Assembly: GCA_965649765.1 (NCBI GenBank)
Contig: OZ287751.1
Location: 97,154,001 to 97,218,000, forward strand
From: Bispira polyomma
Lineage: Eukaryota
DNA length: 64,000 nucleotides
Reading direction: 5' to 3'
How positions within the stretch are numbered: position 1 is the first letter of the stretch; each line of letters begins with the position of its first letter. The notes beneath the pieces are model-generated. The model had not been told where the DNA came from and made no database searches. It was given only the letters and a program-made list of their open reading frames with translations. Below, piece after piece: positions 38,862-51,863 of the stretch. The translations under genes were made by a program, and so were the position numbers.

Positions 38862-39708
38862 CATACGGGATTGCAGAATAAGGGATAATTGAAAAACAAA
38901 TCCCATATATTGTTGATGATGTAGTGGTAGCCAGAATTAGGAAAAATATGTATCTTCTTGTAGTCATCTCTAAACAATTGGGTGCATCAACATAGAAGTC
39001 ATTTTTCTGACATTCATCATCATCATCATGGATCTGGTGAAGAGTTAAGAAGGAAATCCCAGAAAGTACCATAATGCCAAATAAAAATACAAGATATATC
39101 TCAACTGAAAACTCTGGTGGGTCATACATTGCCTCCACTCTCCATGCAGTTATATTGTCACATGTAGTTTTGTTGAATGTTACAGATGTTAAATTCACAC
39201 ACCGAGGCTCGCTGCCAACTCCCTGGGCAAGTCCAATGAGACCCGGAATCAGTGACCCTAGTCCTTCTCCAATAAAATAGGCTGTCAGATACTGGGTTTT
39301 AAACCTGGCCATGTATGGGATATAGACAATACTACTGGTGCAATCTACCAGTGCCAATATAGTGCATATTGATAGAAGACCAACACTACGTTGCTATCCT
39401 ACAATATATGCTGTTTTATCCCACAGGAACACCAGACATAAACACATGGTAGCTCCTACTCCAATAATGATCAGTATAAATGGCCATTCCTTGATCTTGC
39501 CTGGACAGAGTTTCATGGCAACCATGAACAACAGTGGTCCAACATTGGCTGTTTCTATAGCCAGATCAAAATATGAAGAAAGTGTCCATCCTTCCGGCAG
39601 ATTAGTGATAAATAAGGCTAATTCTACATTAAGTCCATGTATGTCTATGCAAGATGACATGGCAAACATCATTACCAGCATAAAAACAGGTAGAGAGATT
39701 TGCTTCAT
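38862..39708 (-). pseudogene. SLC52A3: SLC52 riboflavin transporter-like gene copy A, large first coding exon with in-frame stop
   Basis: LPEGWTLSSY, ANVGPL, LALVDCTSS, YFIGEGLGSLIPGLIGLAQGVG and PPEFSV motifs. ORFs 39394..39708 and 38752..39357 share one frame, separated by TAG at 39394-39396. The expected phase-1 donor after PY-G reads TTATGT. Confidence 0.9.
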
Positions 39709-41219
39709 ACATTATGGTTTCTTCATCTTTGTTTCTGGTAAACCACAGCTCTCAAACATTACCAACAGGCCCTCCCTGTATATGGTGAAGGCAGAAATGA
39801 GACCTTTGAATGCATAATCAGTATATATAGTACCTCCCCCACTCCACAGATTTATTTACCATTACATATTGTTACAGAGTTGTTGAGACCTTAATTTATG
39901 CAGTTTCACCAAACATTTTGAAATGAAAAGAGAGGGTGTCCCTGAGGCCTGTTTTGGGCAGATATATCGACCGTTTTACATGTGTATGGTTTTATACAAT
40001 TTTCAAATGATAGTCACACAATAGAACTGGGGGGAGGGGGGATCCCATTAAGGGGTTAGTGAAATAAACACATAAATGCCCTACAGAGATATCATCCTCC
40101 ATTTACAAATTATAATTTTGGCACATTTACCCTATACAGTGGCCATAAAATGGTTCTCTTGAAAAACAATTTTAACCATTTTTATTTGCACAAAAAATTT
40201 ATAACTAAAATATTCAAGTGTAAAATATTTGACACAGTAGTGTAACGAATCTTACATTGTGACTTCACAAATTTGTAATTCATGTAAAACGTGATATTTG
40301 TGAACAAATCTTAAAGGGAAGCCCTTCTATTGTGACATATTTCTATTGCGAACCATCATATCAGTACAAGATATATGCCACACAACTTCAGAAAACATAT
40401 TATTATTTTTTTAAATATGTTTTTATACGTCATGGAAAACATGAATACAAGTTAAGTTAAATTTGTATAATATTAACTTTATGTATTTCCAAAAATTAAC
40501 AGATTTTTTAGAATTTTATTGAAAAAGTAAATTATACAAAATAATGTCTTTCTTTATCCTGTGGTATACAATATTGTGGTATTGATTCAATTTTTATGTG
40601 TACAGTGTGTCACGTTTGGAGAGGGAGCACTTGAAGAAATATTCACATTGTTGTTCATTTTTTATGTCAGATTGAAGGTAATATTTGTCCCTAATAAATT
40701 GTTAAAATTTAAAATACCTATCTTCAGGAAGACATCCAACCATGCAGTTTATAGAATATTGAGGCATATGTATCAAAGCAATCATAATAGATGTGAACAA
40801 CTTTGCATACCTGCAAATAAATAAAGAATATATAAATATATTAAGATTACAAATATTAAATTTTAAGTTTAAGGTCATCTTAAACCGAGTTTTTATAAGA
40901 TTGAAAAATGTTACACTTAAACTTAATTGACAAAATTGAGTTAAGTTATGGTGATCCTTAACCGGAGTATCAAGTTTAGTTTGCTAATTTAAGATAGCCC
41001 TAACCTAAGGGCCAATTTATAAATCTTTTGAAAGTTTGATAAATTAGATTTAAGTTGACCTTAACTTGCATACAATGATATTGTTTTGGTTTGTACATTA
41101 TTTATACATCGAATAGCCTCTTTTATTGAGGTACAATTCGAATTTGGATATTTAACGTCCACTAATATTGGTGAGTGTGTGCCGCATTGTCCATTTGTCT
41201 GTGTGTCCATCCAGAGACA

Positions 41220-41885
41220 TGTTACCCTATACCAGATGTTTACCCAATATCTATTTGTACCCTATACCTTTTATCTATTTTACCCTATACCCAATTTTTA
41301 CTTCATACTTTTTTACCCTGTGCCCCATGTTTACCCTAGACCATTTTGTACCCTTTACCCTTTACCTATTTTTACCCTATACCCAATAGTTACCCTTCAC
41401 CCATTTTAGCCTATATCCCATGTTTACATTACTACCAATACTTACCGTTTAACCCTATTTTTATCCTATACCAAATGTTAACCGATATCTATTTTTACCC
41501 TTTACCGCATATTTATCCTCAACTCTTGTTACCATTTAGCCAATGTTTACCCTGTAACCCATATTTATCCTCTACCATATGTTACCCTTTACCCCATGTT
41601 TACCCTATAGCTCATATTAATCCTATACCCGGCATTAATCCTATACCCGTGTTACCCTTTACCCCATGTTTAACCTGTAACCCATATTTATCCTGTACCC
41701 CATGTTGCCCTTTACCCCATGTTTACCCTATACCTCATATTAATCCTGTACACGATGTTAATCCTATACCCTTGTTACTATATGCCCCATGTTTACCCTG
41801 TAAGCCATGTTTATCCTGTACCCCATGTTCATCCTATACCCTTGTTACCCCATATTTACCGTGTAATGTATATTTATCCTTTACA
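41220..41885. repeat. Degenerate C-rich minisatellite (~17-18-bp units of tttaccctatacccatg type)
   Basis: Dense recurrence of taccc/tatcc motifs; generates spurious Pro/Tyr-rich ORFs. Confidence 0.88.
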
Positions 41886-42199
41886 TCGTCTGCTACATGA
41901 AGGTTGTGTTTTAAGTGAGTGTTCAGCTTACTGTATCCTAACCTAAAACATGTATGTGTAATATTAGTGGATTTGACCCTAAAGACGTGGAGTTGATTTT
42001 TAGCTTTTGTTTGTCAGCTGACTTTGGGGTGCAAAGAAGTTATTGTTTGAAGAAAAGAATTCCAAAGCTTAACTCCAATAGTTGGAAAGAAATACTCGCT
42101 TCAGTGTGTTTCTTGACTTTGGGATCTGAAGGTCTCCTATAGATGATCTAGATTTGATATTATGTCTTAACTTTTGCACATATAGGGATATTTTGAGGA

Positions 42200-43539
42200 T
42201 ACACGGTGGCAGTATAGCTCTGATAAGTCAAGAGTAATTTTAAACAACATTTTATACAACATTTTTAGAACATCAATTTCCTCTCTTTAAGACAGCGGAG
42301 ACCAGTCTGTCTCATTGTAAAGACTTGAGATATTTGACCTGGCAGGAGCACCGGTAACTATTCTCATAGCCTCAACAATGAGCTCATCCAACTTTGTAAG
42401 CAACATTTGTGGTGCTCCAGACCATACAATGTCACCATATTCCATTAACGAAAGAAAGGTGTATTTTCTCAAGAACCCATTGTTTGCACTTCACTCCATA
42501 TTCAAACACCTTGCTAGTAAGCCTGAAAATTTTCGTGATGTGGATAATGTGTCTGCTTCTGATTAAACAGAACAGCTATAATATCTTTGTATTATATGGT
42601 AGAGATAATTGGTAAGACTGGTATACCTCTCAGCAAAGCAAAGTGAGTGTACTAGCTGGAGTAAATACAGAACAGAGGTCAGTTCTCATTTGAATGTGTG
42701 ATATGTGATAGTATTGGAGTACACTTTGTTTAAACTCCAGCAATATTATTTGAACACTCCCTCTTTACCTTTTTGAATTTTGTAATCAATCTATTAACAA
42801 GGAGGCTTATCAGTAAACACTTTGAGTATATTAATGACAATGAAGGTACCCATAGTGCCCAGAAGGCTACCAGCTTGACCACAAGCTCCAAACCACATCA
42901 ATCCCAGCCGGCCTCTGCCCATCTTCAAGGTTGTCCCAATAGTCACAGAAGCATACATAGATACCATCACCGCGATCACTCCTGTGCCCACCTGAAAAGG
43001 TTATTTAAAATACAGTATTGTATTGTATTCAAATTTATACCCAGTCATGTCAACCTTTATCTGATATTCAAAGTGATAATTAACCTTTTCTTGACTACCA
43101 ACCAGCACCAGTAACTGTCATTTCCCTAAATGAAGAGAAAGGCTTGGGAAAGACCATGTATCAATGTCCCACAGTATTATAATTACAACCTCTGTCAATG
43201 AGGTTACATTTGGGATTCTTACCAGGATTGCAGAAAAACAACTCTTATTTATATGAATTTGGTTCCGGGATGAGGCATGGAAAACCCCATTGAATTTTGC
43301 AGCACTGTTTTAGCATTCTCCAGCCTTGGATGCCCTTCTAGTTATTAGTTTTGTAGAATGTTCACTTTTTTATTGACACTGCCCAGGCATATTGTATGTT
43401 TACTATATTCCTTAATATTAAGGAAAGTTTATACATATTCTACTTGTTTTCATTGTTTTGGAGTCTTTTATAAATATATATCGGCAAAATATGTGAAACA
43501 CAGATGATGTTTCCATGATAATCTTGACATTCCACAACA
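42200..43539 (+). repeat. Segmental/tandem duplication paralogous to 14013-14406 plus 16480-17458
   Basis: Collinear similarity across an old LINE fragment, the 3' flank, the SLC52 last exon and about 550 bp of intron, ending at gacattccacaaca in both copies. Confidence 0.92.
42794..42991 (-). CDS. SLC52A3: SLC52 riboflavin transporter-like gene copy B, last coding exon (upstream exons not seen in window)
   Basis: Acceptor CTTTTCAG| at 42992. Open 65-codon exon ending GQAGSLLGTMGTFIVINILKVFTDKPPC*, about 90% identical to 16659..16856. Functional status unknown. Confidence 0.7.
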   Translation of the reverse strand: MGTGVIAVMVSMYASVTIGTTLKMGRGRLGLMWFGACGQAGSLLGTMGTFIVINILKVFTDKPPC

Positions 43540-45143
43540 TGCTCGGATGTTCAAATACATGGCTGATATAGAGTGGACCTTTTCTCCAGCAATTAATTTT
43601 TTAAGTTTTTTTTCTAATGAGATTGGAATGTGAAAATTTAAGTTTACATTAATCTCGCCAGTAAACTTGACCATTTTTAAAGAAAATTGATTCCAATTCA
43701 GATGATTTTGTAGAAATTATATATTTATTAAATTGTAATTTCTACTGACACAACAAACTGCATCTGCTTTTTGGCAAATATCTAACTTCTTCAACAATAA
43801 TTTTCAAAAATGTTCATAAACCTATAGAATTAGACAAAGGCATATTTGAATTGTATATTTAAATATTTGTTTAACCTTGGCCAATCACAGGTTTGAGACT
43901 TATGTTTCACATCAGAGAGGTTTACAAATTGACGTGAAATGTATGAGAACATAATGAATATTCTCCAAACATCTCAAAAAATTTCAAAACCCAATTACCT
44001 GAGCAAAAATAATAGCCTCATAAATGTTGTTAGTAAAGCTAAAATAATGTATGTACCAGCCTCAAGTTAATAACAACTTAGTTTTCAAGAGATATTGAAT
44101 TCACCGTGTTACACACATTGTGTAGCGGACAAGGGACATTCTGTGGGTTCAGGTTTGCCAGATATCACACACATCCTTTTTAAATGTTTATTTAACTGAT
44201 GGTACATATGTAAAGATGGTTTGATGTTTGATGGTCAAAACAGTGCAGTTGAAATGTAATCCTTCTAACTACAGCAATGGCCTTGTGCCCACACAAATGT
44301 AAGTGATATTACATATATATTCCTATTTAAGCAACACTGGATCACCTGTCTTGAGGTTTGGTCTGATTGACATCCACTTTGGACGCTTCTGTAATGTGGG
44401 AAGATATTCCTCCTGCCAGTACAGCTCGGATGGTTCCGATCTGTCTCTCCCAAACACCATCCGCATGAGATTAAATGTCCAGATAATTTCTTTTTTCACA
44501 AGGCATTCATGGATCTTGTCTTGATTCCACTCACGTATGACCCGCCGTAGTTTGTGTTGAGCACCAACAAAGCTAATAACTTTGTCAGACCAGATTTCTA
44601 TTGGTTCTCCTCTTCTAGCTATAAATCTTTCTAAAGCATTTATGAAACTGTCAGTATCAAGTGAGTATGCAACTTCAATATGCACAGGCCCCCTGGTGGA
44701 GAAGCAGGTAAATAGACAGTCGTACCGTTTGACCTGAGAGCTTGCCCTCTTCACAAGAAATGGTCCAAAATAATCTACTGCAACTCGAGTGAATGGTAAC
44801 TCAAAAGGTGTCACACGGGATGCTGGCAAACCAGCCATCTGTTGGAACTCAGTTCTGCCTCTGAGCTTCTTGCAGGTGATGCAGTTGCACACAATCTTTT
44901 TGGCTAATTTGCTCCCCTTCAATATCCAGTGTCTTCGTCGGGTCTCTGCCAGCGTTCGCTCAACTCCAGCATGACCAGTTCGATGGTGGTAGTCTTCTAC
45001 TATTAGCCGTGACACAGGGTGCTCATAGGGAAGGATTAGCTGATGTTTTGAACAATTTTGCATTTGCCAGACGCCCCCCACCTGCAGGAGATTGGATGCT
45101 GATCTCTTGGCATTTAATTTGTGTAACTGATGGTTGTTACAAT

Positions 45144-46345
45144 TGTGATGACCCAGTCATCGCGAGTACTAATTGGGGACTCGTGCTTACAATATATCTC
45201 TTAATAATGGAAGTTATAAAGCGAGAATTGCTCACTTACTTGTATGCTAGGTATATCCTAATATTTTACTTTAAAATAAGGTTGTCATTCACTAAAATCG
45301 CAGCATTTTCATCTGTTTTATAACATTTTCTCGGAAGCAAGATCCGCCATCTTGTGATGGCGTCATCACCTTATATATACACTGGTTGGTGTGGTTTACT
45401 ATTAGGGTGGTGAGTTCCGAGCGGTGTTCGGGCCATTTCGGGAGCCGAGTGATGCATTGTGGGGGCTTTTTCTTACGGAAACAGCCGATTGACATCCCGA
45501 AGCTCGTCGTTTGGTCTCTATATGAGACTCGGTGTAGTTATTATTCAGAGTTGTTCTAGCCGGGGACAACAGAAGGTACATCCATTTCTCGGATTTATTC
45601 TTATAATATTCTAATTTATTCCGGTTCGGTTCATTCTTTTCGGATCTAAATCTCTTAATTTATGTCATTAATGTATTCAAATATAGTGTGTAACTTTTAT
45701 CCAATTTAATTGAGGTTTTGCTATTTATTTGCTTATTATTGTCAGATTGGGGGTTTTCCCTCCCTTTTTGTTGATCAACAAAACCTCATGTTTTTGACAG
45801 TTCTTACAACTTGTGGTATATTTTAGTTGTGAGATATAGTAATTAATAATTACTTATATAGACACATGTAATTTGCTGCTTTGTTTTGCCGGTCTAGGTG
45901 TTTATTATAGTGTAACTTGAATATTTGTCAGGCGGTATGTTTTGTCAGGCCTAGCTTGTTGAACTATATAGACTGTAATTAAATAGACTGACATTAATTG
46001 TAGAATATATATTGTTGTTCTTGGTATTTTACCACTACCACATAGCTGTCTTAAATTTATATCGGTGCACAGGACTGGTGCATTATATTGTTGTTTTTCT
46101 GGTTTAGTGTACCGTATAATTATATGTACACTTTTTGATTTATAATATACCTATTGAAGTCAATTTTGTTGTTCTTAATTCGTAATTAAAAGTCATCTTG
46201 TGAGCTTATTGATCCAGGCTTCAATAACCCCAGCTTACTCAGTGACCTTGCCTATACGAATCTGTTATCTGGCGACCTGCCTACTTGAACACTTATTGAG
46301 ACTTATATCTTAATTTGGTCAGCTGGGCTAAACAGGGTTGTTACA
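45144..46345. mobile_element. Solo LTR (1202 bp, probably Gypsy-type) nested in the BEL pol
   Basis: Termini TGTGATGACCC and GGGTTGTTACA form an imperfect inverted repeat (TG...CA). 4-bp TSD CAAT at 45140-45143 and 46346-46349. It separates the BEL RNase H and integrase segments. Confidence 0.85.
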
Positions 46346-49300
46346 CAATCAAGGAGCGTTCTTTAAGTGTATCTAATAATAGCTTCTTCAGCTAAATGCA
46401 TCTCCTTAGCTGTTTGTTTTGTCTGGTGGGATTTGTTCCTAAGTATCTTATGTAGTCTAAGGAACCAAGCAATTGCCTTTTTTCAAATGGTTCCATGATG
46501 AGTAGTAGCTCAGTACTCTGCTTGTGTGGTCATCTGCGTTCTTTGTGGTATAAACGACAGGGGATGGCTTTACTTCAGCAATGTCTTCTAATTCTGAATA
46601 ATTAATGGCCTGTTGGCTAGGCCAATTGAATTTGTCTTGATAGAGGAAGTTTGGATCTTTAGTCAAACGCCTATTACTGACAAGTTCTTCAGCAGTTATT
46701 CCTCTTGAGGCATCATCCGCAGGGTTTTCTGCAAAAGGTACATGTCTCCACTGATATGATGTGGTATGCTCTAGGATCTGTTCGAAACATAAGTCTAGAA
46801 TCTCTTTCCAGAACTCTGCAGGTACCATAGCACAATAGTACTATCCGTCCAGTAGACAGATTGTCCTAGAGGCATCTTGAACTCTTCTTACAGCACTTTG
46901 TCCAACCTCACAGCTTCTAGAACTCCAGCTAATTCCAAACGAAGTATTGTAGAATCGTTCAATGGTGCAAGCCTTGATTTAGACTTCATGATTTGTGCAG
47001 ACACAGTAGAATCTTCAAATGTCATGAGTAAATAGGCCACAGCACCGTAACCATACTCTGAGGCATCACAGAAGTGGTGCAGCTGAGCCATCTTTAGAGG
47101 TTTGTCACTAGGTACGAAACACCTGGGAATCCTAAAATCTTTGATAACTCGTCATTCAGCCACCGACCCCATTGCCCTTCTACTTCCTTTGGTAGAGGTT
47201 CATCCCAGCCTTTATCTATCCTACACAATTGCTGGAAAATTCTCCTTGCTTGTAATACAAATGGACTTACACAGCCCAATGGGTCATAGACTGTACTAAG
47301 GGTACTCAATACTCCTCTCTTTGTCCTTGGTTTGCATCCTACTTGCACATCAATCTAAAACTGTCAGACTCAATGTGCCACATCATGTCAAGAGAACGTT
47401 CTGTTGGAAGTTTATCCAGACTAAGATCTAGGGTGGTAAATGATTTTCCCCTCTCTTCCTTTGATATACTGTTCATCAGTTCTGGTGAATTGGATACAAA
47501 CTATGTCAGACGTTATCCTCTCCTTGCCAGAATTTCTCTTACATGATTTGCCATTGGTATAGCCAACTCCAGGTTTCTAGTAGATTTCAAGCAGTCATCC
47601 ACATAGAAATTTTGTAGAACAGTATCCAGCTTGCGAATATTCCCCTTGGAATTCCTTTGTCACCTGCTTGAGTGCATAGCTTGCACAAGTGGGTCTCCAT
47701 ACCCCCCAAGCAAGTGGGTTACCATACGATGTGTGCATGGGGTTTTTCCAGTGTCATTCTGTTGAAACCACAAAAAGCGCAACACATCTTGGTCTGGTAT
47801 GTTTACTCTCACATAGTGGAACATTGCTTCAATGTCTGCCATGAAGGCTACTGCTCCCTCTGGGAATCTCAACAGAACTCCAATCAGTTTGTTTGCCATA
47901 TCAGGGCCTTGATGTATGTGGTCATTTAGTGATGATCCACCAAACTTGGCAGCACAACTCGACACTTTTCTGGCTTCTTGGAGTTGAAAACAGGATGATA
48001 GGGTAGATACCATACTTTACCATCGGCTTTGGTTAGTTCTTCGTCTAAAACTTCTTCAGCATAACCTTTGTCAAGGACTTTTTGCATATTACATGTATAA
48101 TCTTTCAAATTTTCGTCTTTGTCCAATCATTTACCTAGGAGTTTGAGACGTTTCTCAGCCATGGTGCGGTTGCTCTACAGATAGGGTGTCTGTGATTTGA
48201 AGGGTATGCTCATGGTATAGTGATTATCAACAACAGTTCTGGTACCTGGATTTCCAGAGCCTTTATGTCACACAGCAACATCCCTGGGTCTTCTGAGCTG
48301 ACTCTCACAATTTCCCAGATTTTAGACAGGTCTCTCTCTAATGCTGTATTATGGTGAACAAAATGAGAGGCTTTGACAGCAGGTTCAAAGGGATTTACTA
48401 GACCGTTAATGGGCCAACCTGAAGAAGTGCGGATGGCAAAGGGGTCTCCAGGACATCCTTTTCTTACACCAATTGGTAGTATTAGGTCTGAGCAGTCCTG
48501 ACCAATCAACAGGTGGACCTGATTAACAGACAACTCTGGCATAACAAGGTTTCTCAGGTGAGGCCAACGTTTTATGTCACATTTGTTCACAAGTCCAGAT
48601 AGGTCAATGTTTAGGTTTGGCCTGACTGTTACATCCAGAATACATCTTGGCTCTTCAGTGTCATCTAGGTTGGACACAAGAAGAGTGACCATTGTGGACT
48701 CAATAGACATCCTGGTTTAAGCAATGGTTGCTCTCTCTGTCTGTCGCACAGTGCCTCTGCCTCTAACATTGCGTAGGTGTCCACATAGGTGTTGTTTCTA
48801 GAGATCTAATTTTTGCAGGCACAATGAGCTTAGCAAGTTTCCCATTACTAACGTCAACAAATTTACTGATCCTTTGGTTCACAGCATGATCTTAAGATCC
48901 TGATGCTTCGGATGTCCAATGTGTTGCTTTAGGTATGGTGCTTATCTTCCCTTCCCTGGGAATATGCAAGAATTTACTATGTTTCTTGCCACATCCATCA
49001 ATCTAACAAACGAAGGGTTTCTGGCAATTTCTGGCAAAGTGACCTTCTCCAAAACAGTTCACACAAAGTCCCTTGACACTCAAGGCCTTGAATTGTTGAC
49101 ACCGGAACAAATAATGGGGCTGTTTACAACCTGGACACCCCTTTGGTGACCTTGAGTTAGCTTGTATACTGCTACCAGTTTGTTCTGTTTTGACAGCAAA
49201 GCTTCTGGGTATTTTGTTACTTCTATTTTCATTACTCCTACATTTTGCTTTGTCGTTTTCTCTTCTTCCGTCTTTGGGAGATTTTTTTACAAACACAGTG

Positions 49301-50006
49301 TCAGACACTTGTTCAGCAGCCAAATCTACAAATTTCACAAGGTCGCTAAGGTTCGAGCATCTTGCTAAATTTGTTTTGATACAAAGGTTCTCTCTTAGCC
49401 ATCTTAATTTCAGGTGATATGGCAATTTCTCTACAACTGACAACATTTGCTGCAAGTTGTCCAACTCAGATTCGTGCCCCATGGCAAGCCAGGCTTCTTG
49501 AGAATATCTGAGATCATCTGCAAATTATCTTATCTCTACTTTTCCTCTTACATTTGGCCTGTTGGTTATTTTTTGGACCCACACTTGAGCTATGACAGAA
49601 CTTCTGCAGCTCACATTGTGGTAACTGTAAGGTGTCCGCAAGTGATTGTTGTTGAACTCTTGTTTCATTTAGCACCAGCATCCACCTGATGTTCTGCATC
49701 CCTGGATTGAACTTCTTTTTCAAACTTTTGCCTTTCTTCTGCCATAAGCTGTAACTCTTTCTTGAGCATCAGCTGATCATTGAGTCTCTTCATCTCAAGC
49801 TCATGCTTCTGCCGCTCACCATGCAGAATCAACCAGATATTTTCCTCCTCCATTTGCTGTTTGTGTGTCATCTCATCTATTTCCACCTTTAACGGCCTAT
49901 TTTGTGCATCCAAGTATGATGTTTATGTGTCATGTGTAGCTTGGGATAGGACCTACTCTTCGACAGCATCACTAAATTAACTTCTATCAGTCATTTTTAC
50001 TTTAAT

Positions 50007-50232
50007 ATGTACTATTTGCTGAGGTATATGTTCTATTACACACTGTACTATTTGCTGAGGTATATGTCCTATTTCACACTACTATTTGCTGAGGTATATG
50101 ACCTATTACACACTGTACTATTTGCTGAGGTATATGTCCTATTTTACACTGTACTATTTGCTGAGGTATATGTCCTATTACACACTGTACTATTTGATGA
50201 GGTATATGTCCTATTTCACACTGTACTATTTG
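50007..50232. repeat. 36-bp minisatellite, about 6 copies, in the BEL 5' leader
   Basis: Unit ctgtactatttgctgaggtatatgtcctattacaca. Confidence 0.95.
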
Positions 50233-51479
50233 GTAGAATAAAACTGCTTGTGGTATAAATCCCCTTTTGCAAAATTATTGGTATAGTTTTTTAAACAACG
50301 TATTTTATTTTACAAAAGCAAAGGATTCAGTATCTTACTTTATACAAGTAAGAGAAATCAAACTGGTACACACATAGTGTAGCGGACAATGGACATTCTG
50401 TGGGTTCCGGTTTGCCAAATATCACACACATCCTTTTCAAATGTTTATTTAACTGATGGTACATATGTAGAGATGGTTTGATGTTTGAAGGTTTGACTAC
50501 AGAACAAAATAGAACCAATTAACAGTACTTAGAATGACACTTAATAGAACAACATGTATATCAAGACATATTAAAATATTCATTAAATTTAAATTAAACA
50601 CAACCTAATAACTTCTATGTTAAACGTTTTAGAATTATCTGATAAAGTCAAATGAAATAGTAAAATTCTGGCATTTTTGCCTGCAGTAGACTTACCAAAG
50701 GTCTGTGGTTTTGCAGAGCAGAACAGAAATGACCAGCTATCCTGCTCTTATATATATTACAGTAGAATAGCTCAGCATGACGTAAGATGTATTGAAGCAA
50801 ATTAAAAACCCCAAATCAATATACATTGCATGCATGAAGCCAATATCAATCACTAGAAGTGGTAACAAGAAAAAGAAAGAGACTGCACTGCTGTGAATAT
50901 CAAACTATGAGAGATACAATCTAAACCTAGACATACTGTAGATCTCTAGTTACCAAACTAAATATTTAGTTTTATTTGTCACTATGTATCTCCCCTATGT
51001 ATGTTTTCCTACTTTTTTTTAACTAAATTATGTCTTACCCATAATAAAAACCCTGTATTATCAGAACATAGTCTTGTTATTCAAACAATTCGGATAATAG
51101 AGGTTGTACAGTATTAATAACCTATAGTAAATATAACTGCAGAGCACTTGTCAAATTGCAAATTTAGAGAAATCTGACACCTTATTTTGAACAACCATAA
51201 CGGAGCAAAATGGCTTAGTACCCTATGTGGATATGGTTAGGAGAAGTGCTGGTGGTTAAATATAAATGACTTGATTATGACAATGTGCCTAATTATTCGA
51301 ATGACATGTACAAACTTACGAAGTCTACCCATGATTCACTGGTCCAAAATAAATAAAATACATAGACACAACATTTGATGCAAGATTTATAGAACAAATT
51401 AGTAATTATAATATTCTTTTAAAGAAGAAATTGTATGAGTACTTCATTTTACAGGCATTACTAAAATTAGCATTTTTTA

Positions 51480-51750
51480 TTGTATTGAAATAGTGAGCTG
51501 TTCTTATCTCTATAAAGTTGTTGATCTTTTTTGCAGTGTACCTAGGGCGGGTAAGCGAGCTGATACAGATATGTTTTGAGCCTTTTTCTAAACCCTGTAA
51601 TTCTTGTCTCGGTCCGAAGACTGGTGGGGAGTCTATTCCAATCAGCAGGTACTGCAACCGAGAATGATTTTGAACGAGCTGATTTTTGGGGTAGGAAACC
51701 GGGGTGGAGAGATGATTGCCTCTGATGAGATAGCTGATAGACAGCATAGA
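51480..51750 (-). mobile_element. L2-clade LINE 3' fragment
   Basis: KSFSVAVPADWNRLP...FRKRLKTYLYQLAYPP*. Confidence 0.85.
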
Positions 51751-51863
51751 TGATAAGTAAGCAGGTTGATGTACATGATCTTACAAATGAGGACAATTAT
51801 CTTAAATTTAATATGATTCAGTTGTTGTGCTTTAGAAGATACCTCACATCAATAAAGCACATT

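Larger units (their letters stand above)
44111..50488 (-). mobile_element. BEL/Pao LTR retrotransposon, decayed
   Basis: Gag zinc knuckles CPGCKQPHYLFRC and CVNCFGEGHFARNC (49003..49482). Protease region LLIGQD (48210..48710). RT (WYLPYHPV, SLND..QGPD, ADIEAMF, FYVDD). Pao RNase H (YDPLG, HFCDASE, KSRLAP, RLEL, NPADDASRG). Integrase (H..GH..CITC, VDYFGPF, HIEV, FIARRG). 121-bp direct repeats at 44111-44231 and 50368-50488 are probable LTR remnants. Confidence 0.95.

Noticed and set aside
39394-39396. Programmed stop read-through in SLC52
   Set aside because: A second lesion (mutated donor) and loss of conserved residues favour simple pseudogenisation.
41086-41946. Pro/Tyr/Cys-rich ORFs, or an interstitial telomere
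   Set aside because: The ORFs arise from the repeat, and there are no sustained perfect TTAGGG runs.
6783-42991. GT32 plus SLC52 as a functional gene cluster or novel system
   Set aside because: There is no biochemical link and no shared regulatory evidence, and one SLC52 copy is broken; adjacency alone is not informative.
50007-50258. 36-bp repeats as a CRISPR array or an 83-aa repeat protein
   Set aside because: No spacers; the ORF is only a translation of the minisatellite.
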